Source: Octopus vulgaris (Eukaryota). From it: a DNA stretch of 64,000 nt. How positions within the stretch are numbered: position 1 is the stretch's first letter; each line of letters begins with the position of its first letter. The translations under genes were made by a program, and so were the position numbers. The notes beneath the pieces are model-generated. The model saw nothing but the letters and a program-made list of their open reading frames with translations, did no database searches and had not been told where the DNA came from. The stretch covers positions 60,636,001 through 60,700,000 of the forward strand of contig OX597814.1 of NCBI GenBank assembly GCA_951406725.2, read 5' to 3'. Positions 13,651-27,430 of the stretch are shown here, in pieces.

Positions 13651-16600
13651 AGGTATTCTATATGGGATTAATACATAGCATGTAATGGATAATATGAAAC
13701 AATAATACTAAGAGGTAACAAACGGATATGGGATTATTATATAACATGATGAATAATAAAGTCAGTCACTACAAAATTTGAAACTGAGACATAAACGAGC
13801 AGAACTAAATACACTAAACTCCCTCTTATCCAGTACTTATACCCAGATTATTTTTCAAATCACTTCCACTCTGCTGTACATGCACACTGACATTACCTAT
13901 CCAATGAAGCATACTGTTTCATTTCTTTCAAGTCTTCATATATCCTCAGTAGTCACAGCCTATGTCTCAATGCCATGTATCATAGCTGTTCATACACAGG
14001 CATCATACAAAATGCGTTTCACTCTGAGGGAGAAGCCCTTCCTTACTAACAGAGATAGTAGCTCTCTGAGTGCATATTATCCCTATCACTACTGCTTTTG
14101 TCCTCCCCTTACCCTTCAACTCAATAACTCAAAATATAAAGAGGAATGAAATGCCACTAAGCATTTTGTCCATTGAGCTAATGATTCTACCAGCTAATAA
14201 TAATAATAATAATAATTTTCGAATTTGGGCACAAGGCTAGCAATTTCGGAGGAGGAGATAAGTCAATTACATCAACCCCACTGCTCAAGTGGTACTTATT
14301 TTATCAACCCCCAAAAGATGAAAGGCAAAGTTTACCTCAATGGAATTTGAACTCAGAACATAAAGACAAATGAAATGGCACTAAGCGTTTTGCCCAGCAA
14401 ACTAAAGATTCTGCTAGCTTGTCACCTTATTATTCTATGCAATATTGATTAGATGTAATAGACAAAAACATCTATAACTGCATCTTGCCTGTGAACAAAG
14501 ATCAAACTTTTCATACCCTAAGCATGTAAATTAACTTCTGATAAATTAGTTCTTAATTTCTAGAATTTCTACATTTCTGAGAATCACTAACAGTTGTTAC
14601 TTCTTTCTTTACTTCAACATAAAGATGGCTGAAATACTGCCAAGCATTTTGCCTGGTATGCTAATGATTCTGCTAGCTCACCACCTTAAATAAAAACAAC
14701 AACAATACACGGGGGATGGGGGCATCCCTCTCTCACACCACCACCAACAACTCCTGTTGCGAAAATTAGCTTCATGTAAGAAAGCAACGTTATTTTCCTT
14801 CAGAGAACCATGATGCAAGGGAGACTATTCTTGAAAAGTCATAGACTTAACTGACATAATAATGTCAGTAATACAGGAAAATATTTCAATGTCAGTCAAA
14901 TGGGGGAATGCCAATAAGGAACTTATAAATCTCCACATGTTTCTGCATACTAAATTTTTGTAACTGTTATCTGTAGATGATCTTCATTCATAGTTTTCGT
15001 TGTATAAGAATAAAAAAAAAACTTCACTTCACATCTGCATTTTAAAAATTCTTTTAAATATTTATTTGTTTGTATGATCTTAAGAAAATTATCACGCTAA
15101 TGAGAAAATGAAACTTTGATAAAAAGATTGTTTTTATAAAGAGAATATATTTAATGTTTTAAATTAGATTATTAAGAACAGATACAGGAAATAAAATATA
15201 ATTTTTTAAATCATTTTGTATGAAATAAGAACAGTATTTAGACCACTTCCAGTAAAGACAAGTAACAATGGTCAGAAAGTGAAAAAAATTGTAATGACTT
15301 ATTGTCTCAGTAACACAAACATTACTGTCCCTCATGACTTCTAACTCATTCCCTTCAATTCCTCTCATTTACTCCAAACTGTGTCCTCCTCCTTCTCTGC
15401 TATCACTGCTGCTAAACTGTGGCCCTCTCAACCACTGTACCAGTCCTGTTTTCTCTGAATGTCATTCATCTGGAAGTTGCAAGTATGTGTTACTTCTGAA
15501 GTTAACTAATTTGCAACAGTTCAAGTGGAACATTAATTGCGTCACTTTCATTGGCTAGGGGATTTGCAAAGACCAAGAGCATAAACCCTTCTATTGCCAA
15601 ACCAACTGAAACAAAGCAAACAAATCATATTACACTGGATAAATTTTTAACTTATAACTGACATTATTTCCAAGTGTGAAGGTGAGTGGCTTCGTGGTGA
15701 GGATTCCAGGCCAGATTCTAAAAGTGGCAGGAATGCGGGGACTGGTCTATTACTGCACAAGGTGACTATTTTGAAGATGATGATGTTAAAACTTAGGTAA
15801 ATAAATTATTTTTTATCAAATATAAGGTCATAAGTTTGATTCCCAGAGCTATGTTGTGCCCCTTGTGCAAGTCACTTTATTTCAAGTTGCTCCAGTTCAC
15901 TCATCTTGTAAAAATGAGTTGTATCTGTAATTCAAAGGGCCAGCCTTGTCACATTCTGTGGCATGCTGAACCGCCCTGAGATCTGCATTAAGGGTACACA
16001 TGTTGTGCTCCAAAATGACCACAGTTGCATGGCTGAAAAGGATAAAAGGATAAACGTCTGTGGAGTGCTCAGCCACCTGCACATTAATTTCATGAGCGAG
16101 CTGTTTTGCTGATTGAATCAGCTAGAACACACATCATTATAACCCACAGAGAACCAGGCCACTACCAACTTAGTAATCACTCTGATTCTGCCCTGTGTAA
16201 CATTAAATATCATAAAACTCTTTATTAACAATCAGACTAAACTTATCATAAACTTATCAGCATCATTTCAAAAATAGACAATCTCATTTCTTTATCTTCT
16301 AAATCAGGTATGGGGAAACTTTTTCAATATTGGTCATGCATTGCAAATGCATAAGAATTTGTGGAAACACACCTGTGCAGAGAAAAATATTGATATTGAT
16401 TTTTTTTTTTTTTTTTTTTTTTTACAAATTCATAGCTATACAATTTGCATTAATCTTTCAGTTACCATATTCTTGTTGAAATACACTGCCTTTATTTCAA
16501 TTAAGTTTGAACATACTAGAGAATTTAGCAAAATAACTTTGTCATTAGTTAACTGGTATTTGGACCAAAAATTAACATGAAATTTTGATGAAAGCAATAT

Positions 16601-17220
16601 TATCGCCAGTTCAAATATGCTTGGGGCATGAGAAAGCCATTCACTGCACCAAACATATTTTCCATCATTCCATGTTTTTTGTATGCAAGCTGGAGGGGTC
16701 CACTCTGAGCACTCTAATTTTTTCACAGTGAACATACTGGCAGTCTCAGACACTTGGTGAAGAGTACCCTTGGAGGAACCATGTGGGTCAAAATGACCAG
16801 GAGTATTTATATATCCTATTGCTTACCACTGCCACCCAGTTATTTGATGAAAGGTTTTAATTTAGACCACATTAAAACAGGAAATCTATGTCTTGGAATC
16901 AGAGAGGGATAGTATCAAAAGAGTTATATAACTATGTTTCAGAATTATGATTTGTTTTTTGTTTTTTTCTTTTGGGTATTTTGGAACTTAGCAGGAAACA
17001 ATACCAGAAAATTTTAAATATGTCAAAACTATTGTTTATACTTGTTCCACATGTGACTGTGATAAGAAGCTTGCTTCCCAACCACATAGTTCCAGGTTCA
17101 GTCCCACTGCAAAGCACCTTGGGCAAGTGTCTTCTACTATAACTTCATGATGACTAAAACCTTGAGTGGATTTGGCAGACAGAAACTGAAAGAAGCCTGC
17201 TGTATATAAATATGTATGCA

Positions 17221-17268
<48 letters not shown>

Positions 17269-19251
17269 TGCATGGTATGTCTTTGTGTATGTGTTTGTCC
17301 CCAACAACAGCTTGACAACTGGTATTGGTGTGCTTATGTCCCCATAACTTAGTGGCTCAGCAAAAGAGACCAATGGAATCAGTACAGGGCTTTGCAATAA
17401 GAATAAGTACTGGGGTCAATAAGTTCAACTTAAATTCTTCAAGGCAGAGCCCAGCATGGCAGTCAAATGACTGAAACAAGTAAAAGATAACAGACAGATG
17501 AATACCAGCACAACCTTCATATCATTCAGTTTCTATTACTTACCCAGGAAAGTGTGTGTATACTTGAAAAGTCTTGTCTTAATTTACAAACTCATTAATT
17601 CTTTAACAACTTTTACTTTATGGTTTAATCAGAGGGTGAATAACAGCACCTACAACCTTTGCAGAACCTCTGAGATTAGATAGCAGAAGAAGCGGGAAAA
17701 AATCACAATTTAATCATATGAAAGTGCATATCATCATCATCATGAAAGGTCTCAGAGGATAGCAAAGTGGTCTTACTCTGGGATATACTAACACATATAT
17801 TATTACAAGATTTTCTTTGGTAGTTTCATGCAAATTTCTACTGTACCACCTGGTGCACTTTTTCGTGTTACTGAGGTGTGTGGCATTGTGTTCTTATTTT
17901 TGTGAGGATTGGAGGACTGTAGAGTCCTTCTATTGGTGTACTATACCAGATTGTCTAGTTATAGAATTTAATTTCTCGTTTCTTGTTATACTGGTTTCAA
18001 ATTTTTGCACAAGGCCAGCAATTTCAGGGGAGGTGGGGGTAAATCAATGACATCAACTCCAGTGCTTAACTGGTACTTATGTTTTATCAACCCCAAAAGG
18101 ATGAAAGACAAAGCCGACTCCAGTAGAATTTGAACTGAGAACGTAAAAACAGATGTAATGCCACCAAACATTTCACCAGGTATGATAAGGATTCTGCCAG
18201 CTCACCATCCTATGTTTCTTGTTATATTAGTGCATGTTCTGTTGCATGTAGTGTGTACTATACGAGTTCTGTTATTTCATTGAGTCTTAATTTTGTACAG
18301 TATATGTTGCAAAATTTCCACAAGTTGTCTTGTCTTAGAATATTAGTGTTATGGGTGAAGATTGCTCTATTTGAGATACCCTATTGAAACTGAGCTATTC
18401 TATGGAAATTACAGCGTCTTGTACAAGAAATTGGTTGTTCTTGACAAAGCTATTGTCAAGTGTGTAGTGCTAGGAATCCTGGTATGATTTCTGTTTCACT
18501 GCACAAAACTTCTACAATAATATAAGAGCACCACATTACATACAAATTAGAAATGTAAGCATAGCTACTTATATACCATCGTTAACCATTATTACACAGC
18601 TTATGGCTTATTACTACTAAAAGGTGTAGCTATGTGGTAAGAACCTTACTATCCAACTACATGGTTCCAGGTTCAATCCCGCTGTATGGCACTTTGTGTA
18701 AGTGTCTTCTACTATAGCCTCCATCCAACCAAAGCCCTGTGAGTGGATTATTTGGTAGACAGAAACTTAAAGAAGTCAGTCATGTGCATCTTAATGTCTG
18801 TTTGTCCCCTACCACCATTTGATAACTAGTGTTGGTGTGTTTATGTCCTTGTAACTTAGTGGTTCATCAAAAGAGACCGACAGAATAAGCATGAAGCTTT
18901 AGGAAAAATAAGTACTGGGATTGATATATTAGACTGAAAATTCTTCCAAGCAGTGCCAGTCTAATGACTGAAACAAGTGAAAGACAAAAGACTATGAAAT
19001 ATATAGAAGACAAGAACTAAGATTGGTAAACAGAGCAATAGCTGTACAATATATGAGGGGATGCTGAAAAGTTCCTGGCTTTAAGTGTCCCACAAAAGGC
19101 CTGGTTGGAAGGACCAACCTTCTGAGTTCTTTTATAGAGATTAGAAAAACTGAAGGAAACAACTGGGATTTTACCCTACATACCTACACTATGTATGTAT
19201 GTATGCATGTATGTATGCATGTATGTATGTACATACGTACATACATATGTA

Positions 19252-19468
19252 CAAGGGGGTGCTGAAAAGTTCCTGGCTTTAAGGGTATTGCAAATGACTT
19301 GACTGGAGGCTTAACATGCCAAGTTCTTTTACAGGACTTAGAAAAACTGAAGGACTGGTGCAATAAGTGAGGGAATCTGAGAGGGAAATATGTTGAATAA
19401 AATCATAATTAACTGATCCTCCTGCATTTTCATTTACCCAAAGTCAGGAACTTTTCAGCACCCCATCA
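19252..19468. mobile_element. Mariner-type MITE (partial second copy at 19053-19160)
   Basis: TIRs ggggtgctgaaaagttcctggcttt / aaagtcaggaacttttcagcacccc, TA flanks. Confidence 0.85.
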
Positions 19469-19761
19469 TATATATTCCATACTACTCATCATAATAATAA
19501 TCATTATATTTATCACCATCATTATTATCCATAGCAAGTAACATATTTCACAACTGTGGCATTCGAAAAGCTGGTGAATTAATCAGTATGAAACATCAGT
19601 ACAAACTTAAGAATAGAGAAGAACTTACTAACTTATCTATAAATAAATTTTGAACCAGAAAGATGATGTAACTTTAACATTTATTCACTCAATAAATTAT
19701 TCAACAGTAGCATTACAAAGGTAATCAGTGGAAGGTGGAAGGTTTTTCTGAGATTGCTTAC

Positions 19762-19879
19762 CAAATGCTTGCTGAGAGCCATCTGTTTTCTTCAACACAA
19801 GCGCTACTGATGGACAAAGACCGAGTTCCAATAGGCTTTTTGTAGCATCTTCTTTTGTGAAATCTCGACGAGGAAAGGG
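19762..19879 (-). CDS. UBX-domain protein exon (PFPRRDFTKEDATKSLLELGLCPSVALVLKKTDGSQQAF), UBX C-terminal half
   Basis: Acceptor tttttcattatag|CCC, donor TTG|gtaagc; 118 nt, phase 0/1. Contains the FPR p97-binding loop and the KSL.ELGL.PS..LV motif. Confidence 0.93.
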
Positions 19880-20666
19880 CTATAATGAAAAACAAAACAC
19901 CATAGAGTCAATCAAAATTATTATGGAAACACATAAGGAAAATGTTTTAATAACACATCATTAAAATGTTATGTTAACACATTATTACCACATGCCATTC
20001 ATCTTTACGGTATTAATAAATTTAAGTGCGAGTCAATTAATGGAGTCAATATAATCAACTGTCCTCCTTCCTTGAATATGAGGTTTTGTACCAATATTAG
20101 AAATTATTACTATTGTTATAATTATTATTATCATTATTATATATAAAGGCAATGAGCTGATAGAATCATTAGCATGCTGGGTGAAGTGTTTAATAGCATT
20201 TCTTCCATCTTTACATTCAAATTCCACCAGGGTTAACTTTGCCTTTCATCCTTTCAGTCATGTACTGGGGTCGATGTGATCGACTATCATCCTCCTCACA
20301 AATTCCAGGCCTTGTGCCGATAGTAGAAAGGATTATTATTATTATTATGATAGTGATGGCACATGGCTTAGCAGTTAGGGTGTCACATTCATGATCTGGC
20401 GATCATGATTTCAAACCCTACACCAGGTAGTACATTGTAGTCTTGAGCAAAACACTTCATCTCATGTTGCTCTGCGGTCGTTTCAACACCTGATACATGG
20501 TACACTATGCACCTGTTCAGACAACATTGATTTTATGGAGAGAGTGAGCGAATGTGCACCATAGACATTTGATCACTATAAACAAATCATTTGTGCAAGC
20601 CATTTGACAAACACTCATACATCATCTTCAACAAGAAAGTCCATCATCATCATCATTATTATTATT

Positions 20667-21258
20667 CAGTGAGAGAGCAGTGCATTCCATCAAAATGACA
20701 CTGGGGTAAAATATACAAAGCCCAGTAAACCCATAATGACTACCCATTTGATAAGGGTACACTAGGCACATGCATCACAACCATATGTGCATGACATGGT
20801 GATCTCATATCAAGATAAACAGCACATGACCTTGCAGGTGGGGCCCAGTTAGAATTTTCTTCTGGTCTAGTAGCCCATCCAACTTAAAAGGTCCCTGAAT
20901 AAGGATTGTTTAAGGATGTTGAACAAACCATCCATGTTTCCAAAGGTGAATTATCCAAACCTCTAAGAATTCCTTTCAACATATGGCTATGGTGCTCCCC
21001 TACTACTTCTGCTCATGATCAGAGATGCACTAATCTTCAGCCACTAAGGGACATGATCAACTGGTTATGGTCAAACAACTGACAAGCAAATCTGTGATAT
21101 TGAGCAGAATATTTGCTGTAGCCCATCTTTTATACCAAGACAAAACAATGTACATGATGACACTTACGATCAGTTAAGATCAGAAACCATAAGAGCCACT
21201 GTCTGGTACTGCATCAGTGCAGTTACTGCATCAAGGCAGAAGTACTGCATCAGGGCAG
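20667..21258 (-). mobile_element. Non-coding element in (TAA)n, possible non-autonomous R4/Dong partner
   Basis: TAA repeats on both sides; same ACTGAATAATAA 3' junction as the Dong copy at 24556; tripled CTGATGCAGTA-like motif at the 5' end. Confidence 0.4.
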
Positions 21259-21513
21259 TTATTATTTTTATTATTATTATTATTATTATGATTATTAAAG
21301 CTAGCAGAATTGTTGCACACCAGGCAAAATACTTAGCAGCATTTCGTCATCTTTACATTCTGATTTCAAATTCCAGCAAGGTCGATGTAGCACTTCATCC
21401 TTTAGGGGTCGATAAATTAAGTATCAGTGAAGCACTGGAGTCGCTGAAATCAACAAGTGACACAGGTGGCACACACTCTAGCTATGCTAGATGAAAACTA
21501 TGTTTGATGAACC

Positions 21514-21556
<43 letters not shown>

Positions 21557-21559
<3 letters not shown>

Positions 21560-22308
21560 AAAAAAATCAAACAGCATTTCAACTCTGTGTGAGTATGTAT
21601 ATAAAAGGGAGTAATGTGAATATTTGTGTGTGTGTGCAGTGGAAGTGGGATGGTGAACATTCAATGCTGAAAAGTAAAATCAAACAGCATTTCAAATCTG
21701 TGTGAGTATATGTCTGTATGCATGTACAAGGGAAGTATGGGAATGTTTGTATCTGCTAATTGTACTATTTTATACATAAATAAGGTACAAAATAAGGTAT
21801 ATAATAATCTCAGATACAAACTTTCCCATACTTCCCTTGTACACGCACACACACATATACTCACACAGATTTGAAATGCTGTTTGATTTTACTTTTCAGC
21901 ATTGAATGTTCACCATCCCACTTCCCCTGCACACACACACAAATATTCACATGACTCCCTTTTATATACATACTCACACAGAGTTGAAATGCTGTTTGAT
22001 TTTTTTTTCACCACAGAACTTCCATCATCTCACTACCAAGTTTACCATCACCCCTTCCTTCCTTATTCATCTATCACCCCTTTTTTCTCATATGTTGTGA
22101 TGGAGAAATACACAATAGTATTATTATAGTAGAAGATAAGGATGGTATATCAAATTAATACACTTGTCAATGTTCACATACATTCACATACTTCCCTTGT
22201 ATATGCACACGCACATATACTCACACAGAGTTGAAATGCTGTTTGATTTTTCTTTTCAGCATTGAACATTCACCATCCCATTTCCATTGCACACACACAC
22301 ACACACAT

Positions 22309-22342
<34 letters not shown>

Positions 22343-22460
22343 CTCCTTTTCCATACACACACATATACTCACACAGAGTTGAAACACTGATTTTTTTTCA
22401 CCCCTTTTCTTGTTATTCATCTATCACCCCTTCCTTTCTCATTTATATGTTGTGACAGAG
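21557..22460. repeat. Fold-back: ~200-bp inverted arms (21557-21755 / 21811-22011) plus a diverged direct copy (22181-22460)
   Basis: Arms are near-identical reverse complements; each holds two copies of tactcacacaga.ttgaaatgctgtttgatttt. Confidence 0.9.
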
Positions 22461-24519
22461 AAAAAACAGAAGATACACTATGTGCTCTTTGCCACTTTCT
22501 CTCTCTCATTGCTCTTACTTTCTCTCACTTCCTCTTAGTCAGGCCTATTACTCTCACTACTTCTCCTTCACTGAATTACTATTTTCTCTCCTCTCCCTTC
22601 ACTTATACTACTCTTTCTTCTAATTCCTGTGTGATTTTGGACAAATATAAATATATAAAAACATTATGTTCATTATTATATTAGGAGATACACACACACA
22701 CACACACTCACACACATGCACATCCCTCACATACAGTGTATGTATGGAAATCTTACCGTAATGTAGAATTTCATAATGCAAAGCATATTTCCACCAGATT
22801 TCAATGCTCATTGGCTTTCATATAACATGAAAGTCATTAGAAAATAAACTTCGCATTATAAAATTCTACATGAAGAAAATTGAGGAAAACAAAGTCTTTG
22901 CAACATAGGAAAAGCCTGCTTGTTTTATATATATATTTCTTTATTGCCCACAGGGGGATAAACACAGAGGGGACACACAAGGACAGACAAAAGCATTAAG
23001 TTGATTACATCGACCCCAGTGGGTAACTGGTACTTATTTAATCAGCCCTAAAAAGATGAAAGCAAAGTCGACCACAGTGGAATTTGGACTCAGAACATAA
23101 TGGTAGATGAAATGCCGCTAAACATTTCACCTAATACGCTAACAATTCTGCCAGCTCACCACCCTTTTTGTTCCTTGATGACTATATTTATATATAATCA
23201 TCAAGGAACAATTACATACACATTCATAACTCTTCCTCAATAGCTAACTTGTATTTCTAAAATCTCTCAACCTTCCTACTCAAGGGTTTCTGCATTTCCA
23301 AAGCAGTGATACATCAAATATCATCAAATAAGCACCATGAAATGGTAGCAAAAGGAATTACATAGAGCTCATTGTCAAGTCTTTCAAAAGCTGTTACTAC
23401 CAACATATGTACTCATTTAGGCTAAGAGACAGAGAGAAAACACAATATTCCTGTCAGAATTCTGCTGAACATTTAGGGATCAATGATCTCCAATAACATG
23501 AAGTTCTGTCAATAAAGCCACTCTATACTTCAATGGATTACAAAATTGCAAGCTTTGTCTATCTGAGAAGTTTCAGATGTTACAGCAACTTCATTTAACT
23601 GTAGCATTATCTAATTAACCTTTGAGAATTTGACTTAGTTTTATTCAGTGTATATTGTTTGTTCTCAAATATCTTAGGAGTGTGAAACTTTAAGTTACAA
23701 TGGTGAGAACCACCAACTAATACCTAATGCAAACATACATACAGACGTGTGTGTATATGTGTGTGTGTACACACAAATATAAAAATATACACCCATGTGT
23801 GTATGACTTGAGTAATATATTCATGAAGAGGAGAATGATCATCATCAATATTCTCTTCATGAGTTATTAGCTGGCTTGCTAACAATGTCAGCTGATTGAA
23901 TCAATACATCAAAACAAGGTATCAGCAGCAGAAATATCTAAAGTAAAAAAAAAATCAATAAGTGTGGAAGGCAGAGAGTGCAACAGACATGATAGTGATA
24001 TAACACATCGTCAATGTTGTTCACCTGTGCTGATGATCATGCAAGGGAATATCTACCTGATTGCTCAACCTGCAAGAAACAACAGCAAGTCAGAACCTTC
24101 AAATCACACCCTATGGAGCAAGAAGAGCAGAATACATCATGTAAAGTAATATTAGGGATAATTATGAGCGGAAAATGACAGGAACGTTGTAGCTGCAATG
24201 CTTTTGATCACAGGTCTGCTCAATCAGTTCAGCTCAAACGCTTACAGTGGGAAGGTTACAACAAAATGACAAGGTTTGAAATCATATCACACACACACAC
24301 ACACACAAACAGCACAATCATATGGAAAGGAGCAGAACCCACTCACATGATTCAAATAAAATATAGTAGAAGTGTTGCAAGTATGGTTTCCATGAACAGA
24401 AAGAACCAGTGTTTGAGTGGGGTACAGTGTCACTTCAACAGATTCGTCTTCCTCTTAAAAGCATACAAAACAACAAATAGGCAACCATTCCAAAATCACT
24501 GACATCCTAGATGATGATG

Positions 24520-24555
<36 letters not shown>

Positions 24556-24558
<3 letters not shown>

Positions 24559-25235
24559 TAGTTTTATTTTTATAGCGTGCTTTCACTTCACTACCGAGCG
24601 CAGCTCTGTGTGCCTTGGGTATGTGCTGTGATTTGTTGTGATGCTCTGATGGTTATTGTATGGAAAGTGTTCTGCGTAGGATGTGTGCAGTGCCTAGTAG
24701 TGCAATTTTCTGTATGTTATATGTGTTTGTAAGTCCTGGTGTTTTTGTTATGTATTTGTCTGAATATTTTTTTATCATGCCTAATGCACCTACTATGATA
24801 GGAATTGTTTCTGTTTTCAGATTCCACATTCTAGTTACCTCTATTTCCAGGTCTTTGTATTTTGAGAGTTTCTCCATTTCTTTTAGAGACACGTTGTCAT
24901 CAGCCGGTATTGATACATCAATTAGAAAGCATTTTTTTCTTCATGATCTCTGACAACTATATCTGGTCTGTTGGCCTTAATTTCTCTATCTGTGTGTATC
25001 GGCATATCCCAGAGTATGGTTGCTTTCTCGTTTTCTGTGACCTTTTCTGGTGTGTGCCTATACCATCTTTTTTCTGTTGTTATAGCTTCCAATGTATGTA
25101 GGTTCCAACTCTGTCATGTCTGTGAATATATTCCTTCTTAGCCAGGACTGGGCAGCTAGAGATAATATGATTTATTGTTTCTTGTCCATCTCCACATATT
25201 CTGCAGTTACTTGTAATATTTCTTTTCATTACATG

Positions 25236-25236
<1 letters not shown>
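24556..25236 (-). mobile_element. R4/Dong-clade non-LTR retrotransposon, 5'-truncated, in (TAA)n
   Basis: CRIC..ET..HIISSC zinc knuckle, RHD, RPDIV..FLIDVSIP..KLSKYKDL restriction-like endonuclease motifs; frameshifted; TAA repeats on both sides (known Dong target). Confidence 0.9.
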
Positions 25237-25312
<76 letters not shown>

Positions 25313-26267
25313 GGCAGCGAGCTGGCAGAATCATTAGCACACTGGATGAAATTCTAGGCGGTTTTTAGCCTGTTCATATGTTCTGAGTTCAAATTCCACT
25401 GAGGTCAACTTTGCTTTTCATCTTTTTTAGGGGGTCGATTAAATTAAGTACCAGTTATGTACTGGGGTTGATCTAATCAACTGGCACCCCACCCCAAAAT
25501 TCCAGGCCTTGTGCCTATGGTAGAAAGGATCCTTTTTATTAAGACAGCAAGCAGGCAGAATTGTTAGCATACTGGATGAAATGCTTAGTGGCATTTCACT
25601 GATCACTACAGTCTGAGTTCAAATTCCGCCGTGGTAAACTTTACCTTTCATCCTTTCAGAGTTGATGAAATAATTTCAAGTCAAGTGCTGAGGTTGATGT
25701 AATCGACCAGACCCCTGCCACCAAATTTCAGGCCTTGTGCTTTTAGCAGAAAGGATTATTATTACTATTTGTATTACATTTCATTAGGCATGCTAAATCC
25801 CTTTTAATTGGTAATGTGCTGATTATGATGACAAATCATGTATTTCCGAGTGTGTGTATCTATTTGTGTGTAGATACATATGTATCTTTATACATCTATA
25901 TACATACAGAAATGAATATATATACACACATACACACACAAATATACAGACATGCAAGTGCAGACATACGTATACACACACAAACACCTGTATGTGTATA
26001 TGTCTGTGTGTGTGTGCCTATGTTCATTTCTGTCATTCCATTTCTTTCCTTTTTTTTTTTTTTGAACAAGGAGCCACCTGAGCAAAACTGTGGTTTAGAG
26101 TAGTGATCTCTATCTATTTCCTGCATAAATAAACATAAATCAGACTCTGCTCACTCCTAACACAGGATTGCATTGAGTGCATCCATGTCTTTGTGCACAA
26201 TAAACAAAAACAATACACAAACACACACACTGACAGGTAGATAGACAGATGGAGAGAGAGAGAGAAA

Positions 26268-26303
<36 letters not shown>

Positions 26304-26720
26304 TACATAGATAGATAGACAGACAGACAAATAGACAGGCAGGTAGAGAGACAGATAGACAAACAAATGGATAGGCGGGTGGATGGACAGACAGACAGAC
26401 AGGTAGATAGATAAAAAAAATCAATGCCAAAACAGGCAGTAGAGCTTGGCACAGTCTTTGGATTTGCCAGCTTATGTCAAACTGTCCAACCCATGCAAGC
26501 ATGGAAAGCAGGTGTTAACCCTCAAGCATTCATATTATTCTGTCAAATGTAATGCATATTTATTCATATTATGTTGAATTAAACCTGCATTATTTTGTAG
26601 CTTTGAGACTTTGATGATGCAACTGTTTATTTTCAAATGACATTGTATGGTAAGTGTGAGGGGCCTGATCTGGCTGGTTTAAATGCTAAAGGGTTAAATG
26701 ATGATGAGGACAGACACGCG

Positions 26721-26782
<62 letters not shown>

Positions 26783-26814
26783 CCTACATTAATTAACTGA
26801 AACACTGCCAATTA

Positions 26815-27100
26815 GGACGACAAGGGTTCCAGTCAATTCAATCAATGGAACAGCCTGCTCATGAAATTAATGTCTAAGTGGCTGAGTGCTCCACAGACAA
26901 TGCATACTCCTAAAGTAGTTCTCAGTGACACAGAATGTGACAAGGCTGGCCCTTTTGAATTACAGCTTCACTCATTTTTTTTGTCAGTTAAGTGAACAGG
27001 AGCAGAGTGAAATAAAGAGTCTTGCTCAAGGATACAACACACGGTTGCTTTAGTTCATAATCATAAGCTGAATACCCCAACTACTAAGCCATGCACCTTC
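26815..27100 (-). mobile_element. SINE family C; related copies at about 15830, 20358, 48265 (+)
   Basis: Shared ccttgagcaag.cacttt.atttca..ttgctcc block and tRNA-like head. Confidence 0.65.
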
Positions 27101-27104
27101 AAAA

Positions 27105-27377
27105 CATACATATATACACACATAAATAAATACATACATAGAGAGAGAAACATACATAGACATACATACATACATACATAAATACATACACACATACACA
27201 GACAGAGAAACATACATACATACATACATACATACATACAGACAGACAGACATAAATACACACACATATACATACATACATAAACATACAGATATACATA
27301 GACATAAATACATACATACACACATACATACATACATACATACACACATACATACATACATACATACATACATACAT

Positions 27378-27412
<35 letters not shown>

Positions 27413-27430
27413 TACACACACATTCATACA
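27105..27430. repeat. (TACA)n/(CA)n compound microsatellite; many other TA, CA, GA, TAA and GAT tracts occur across the window
   Basis: Direct inspection. Confidence 0.95.
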
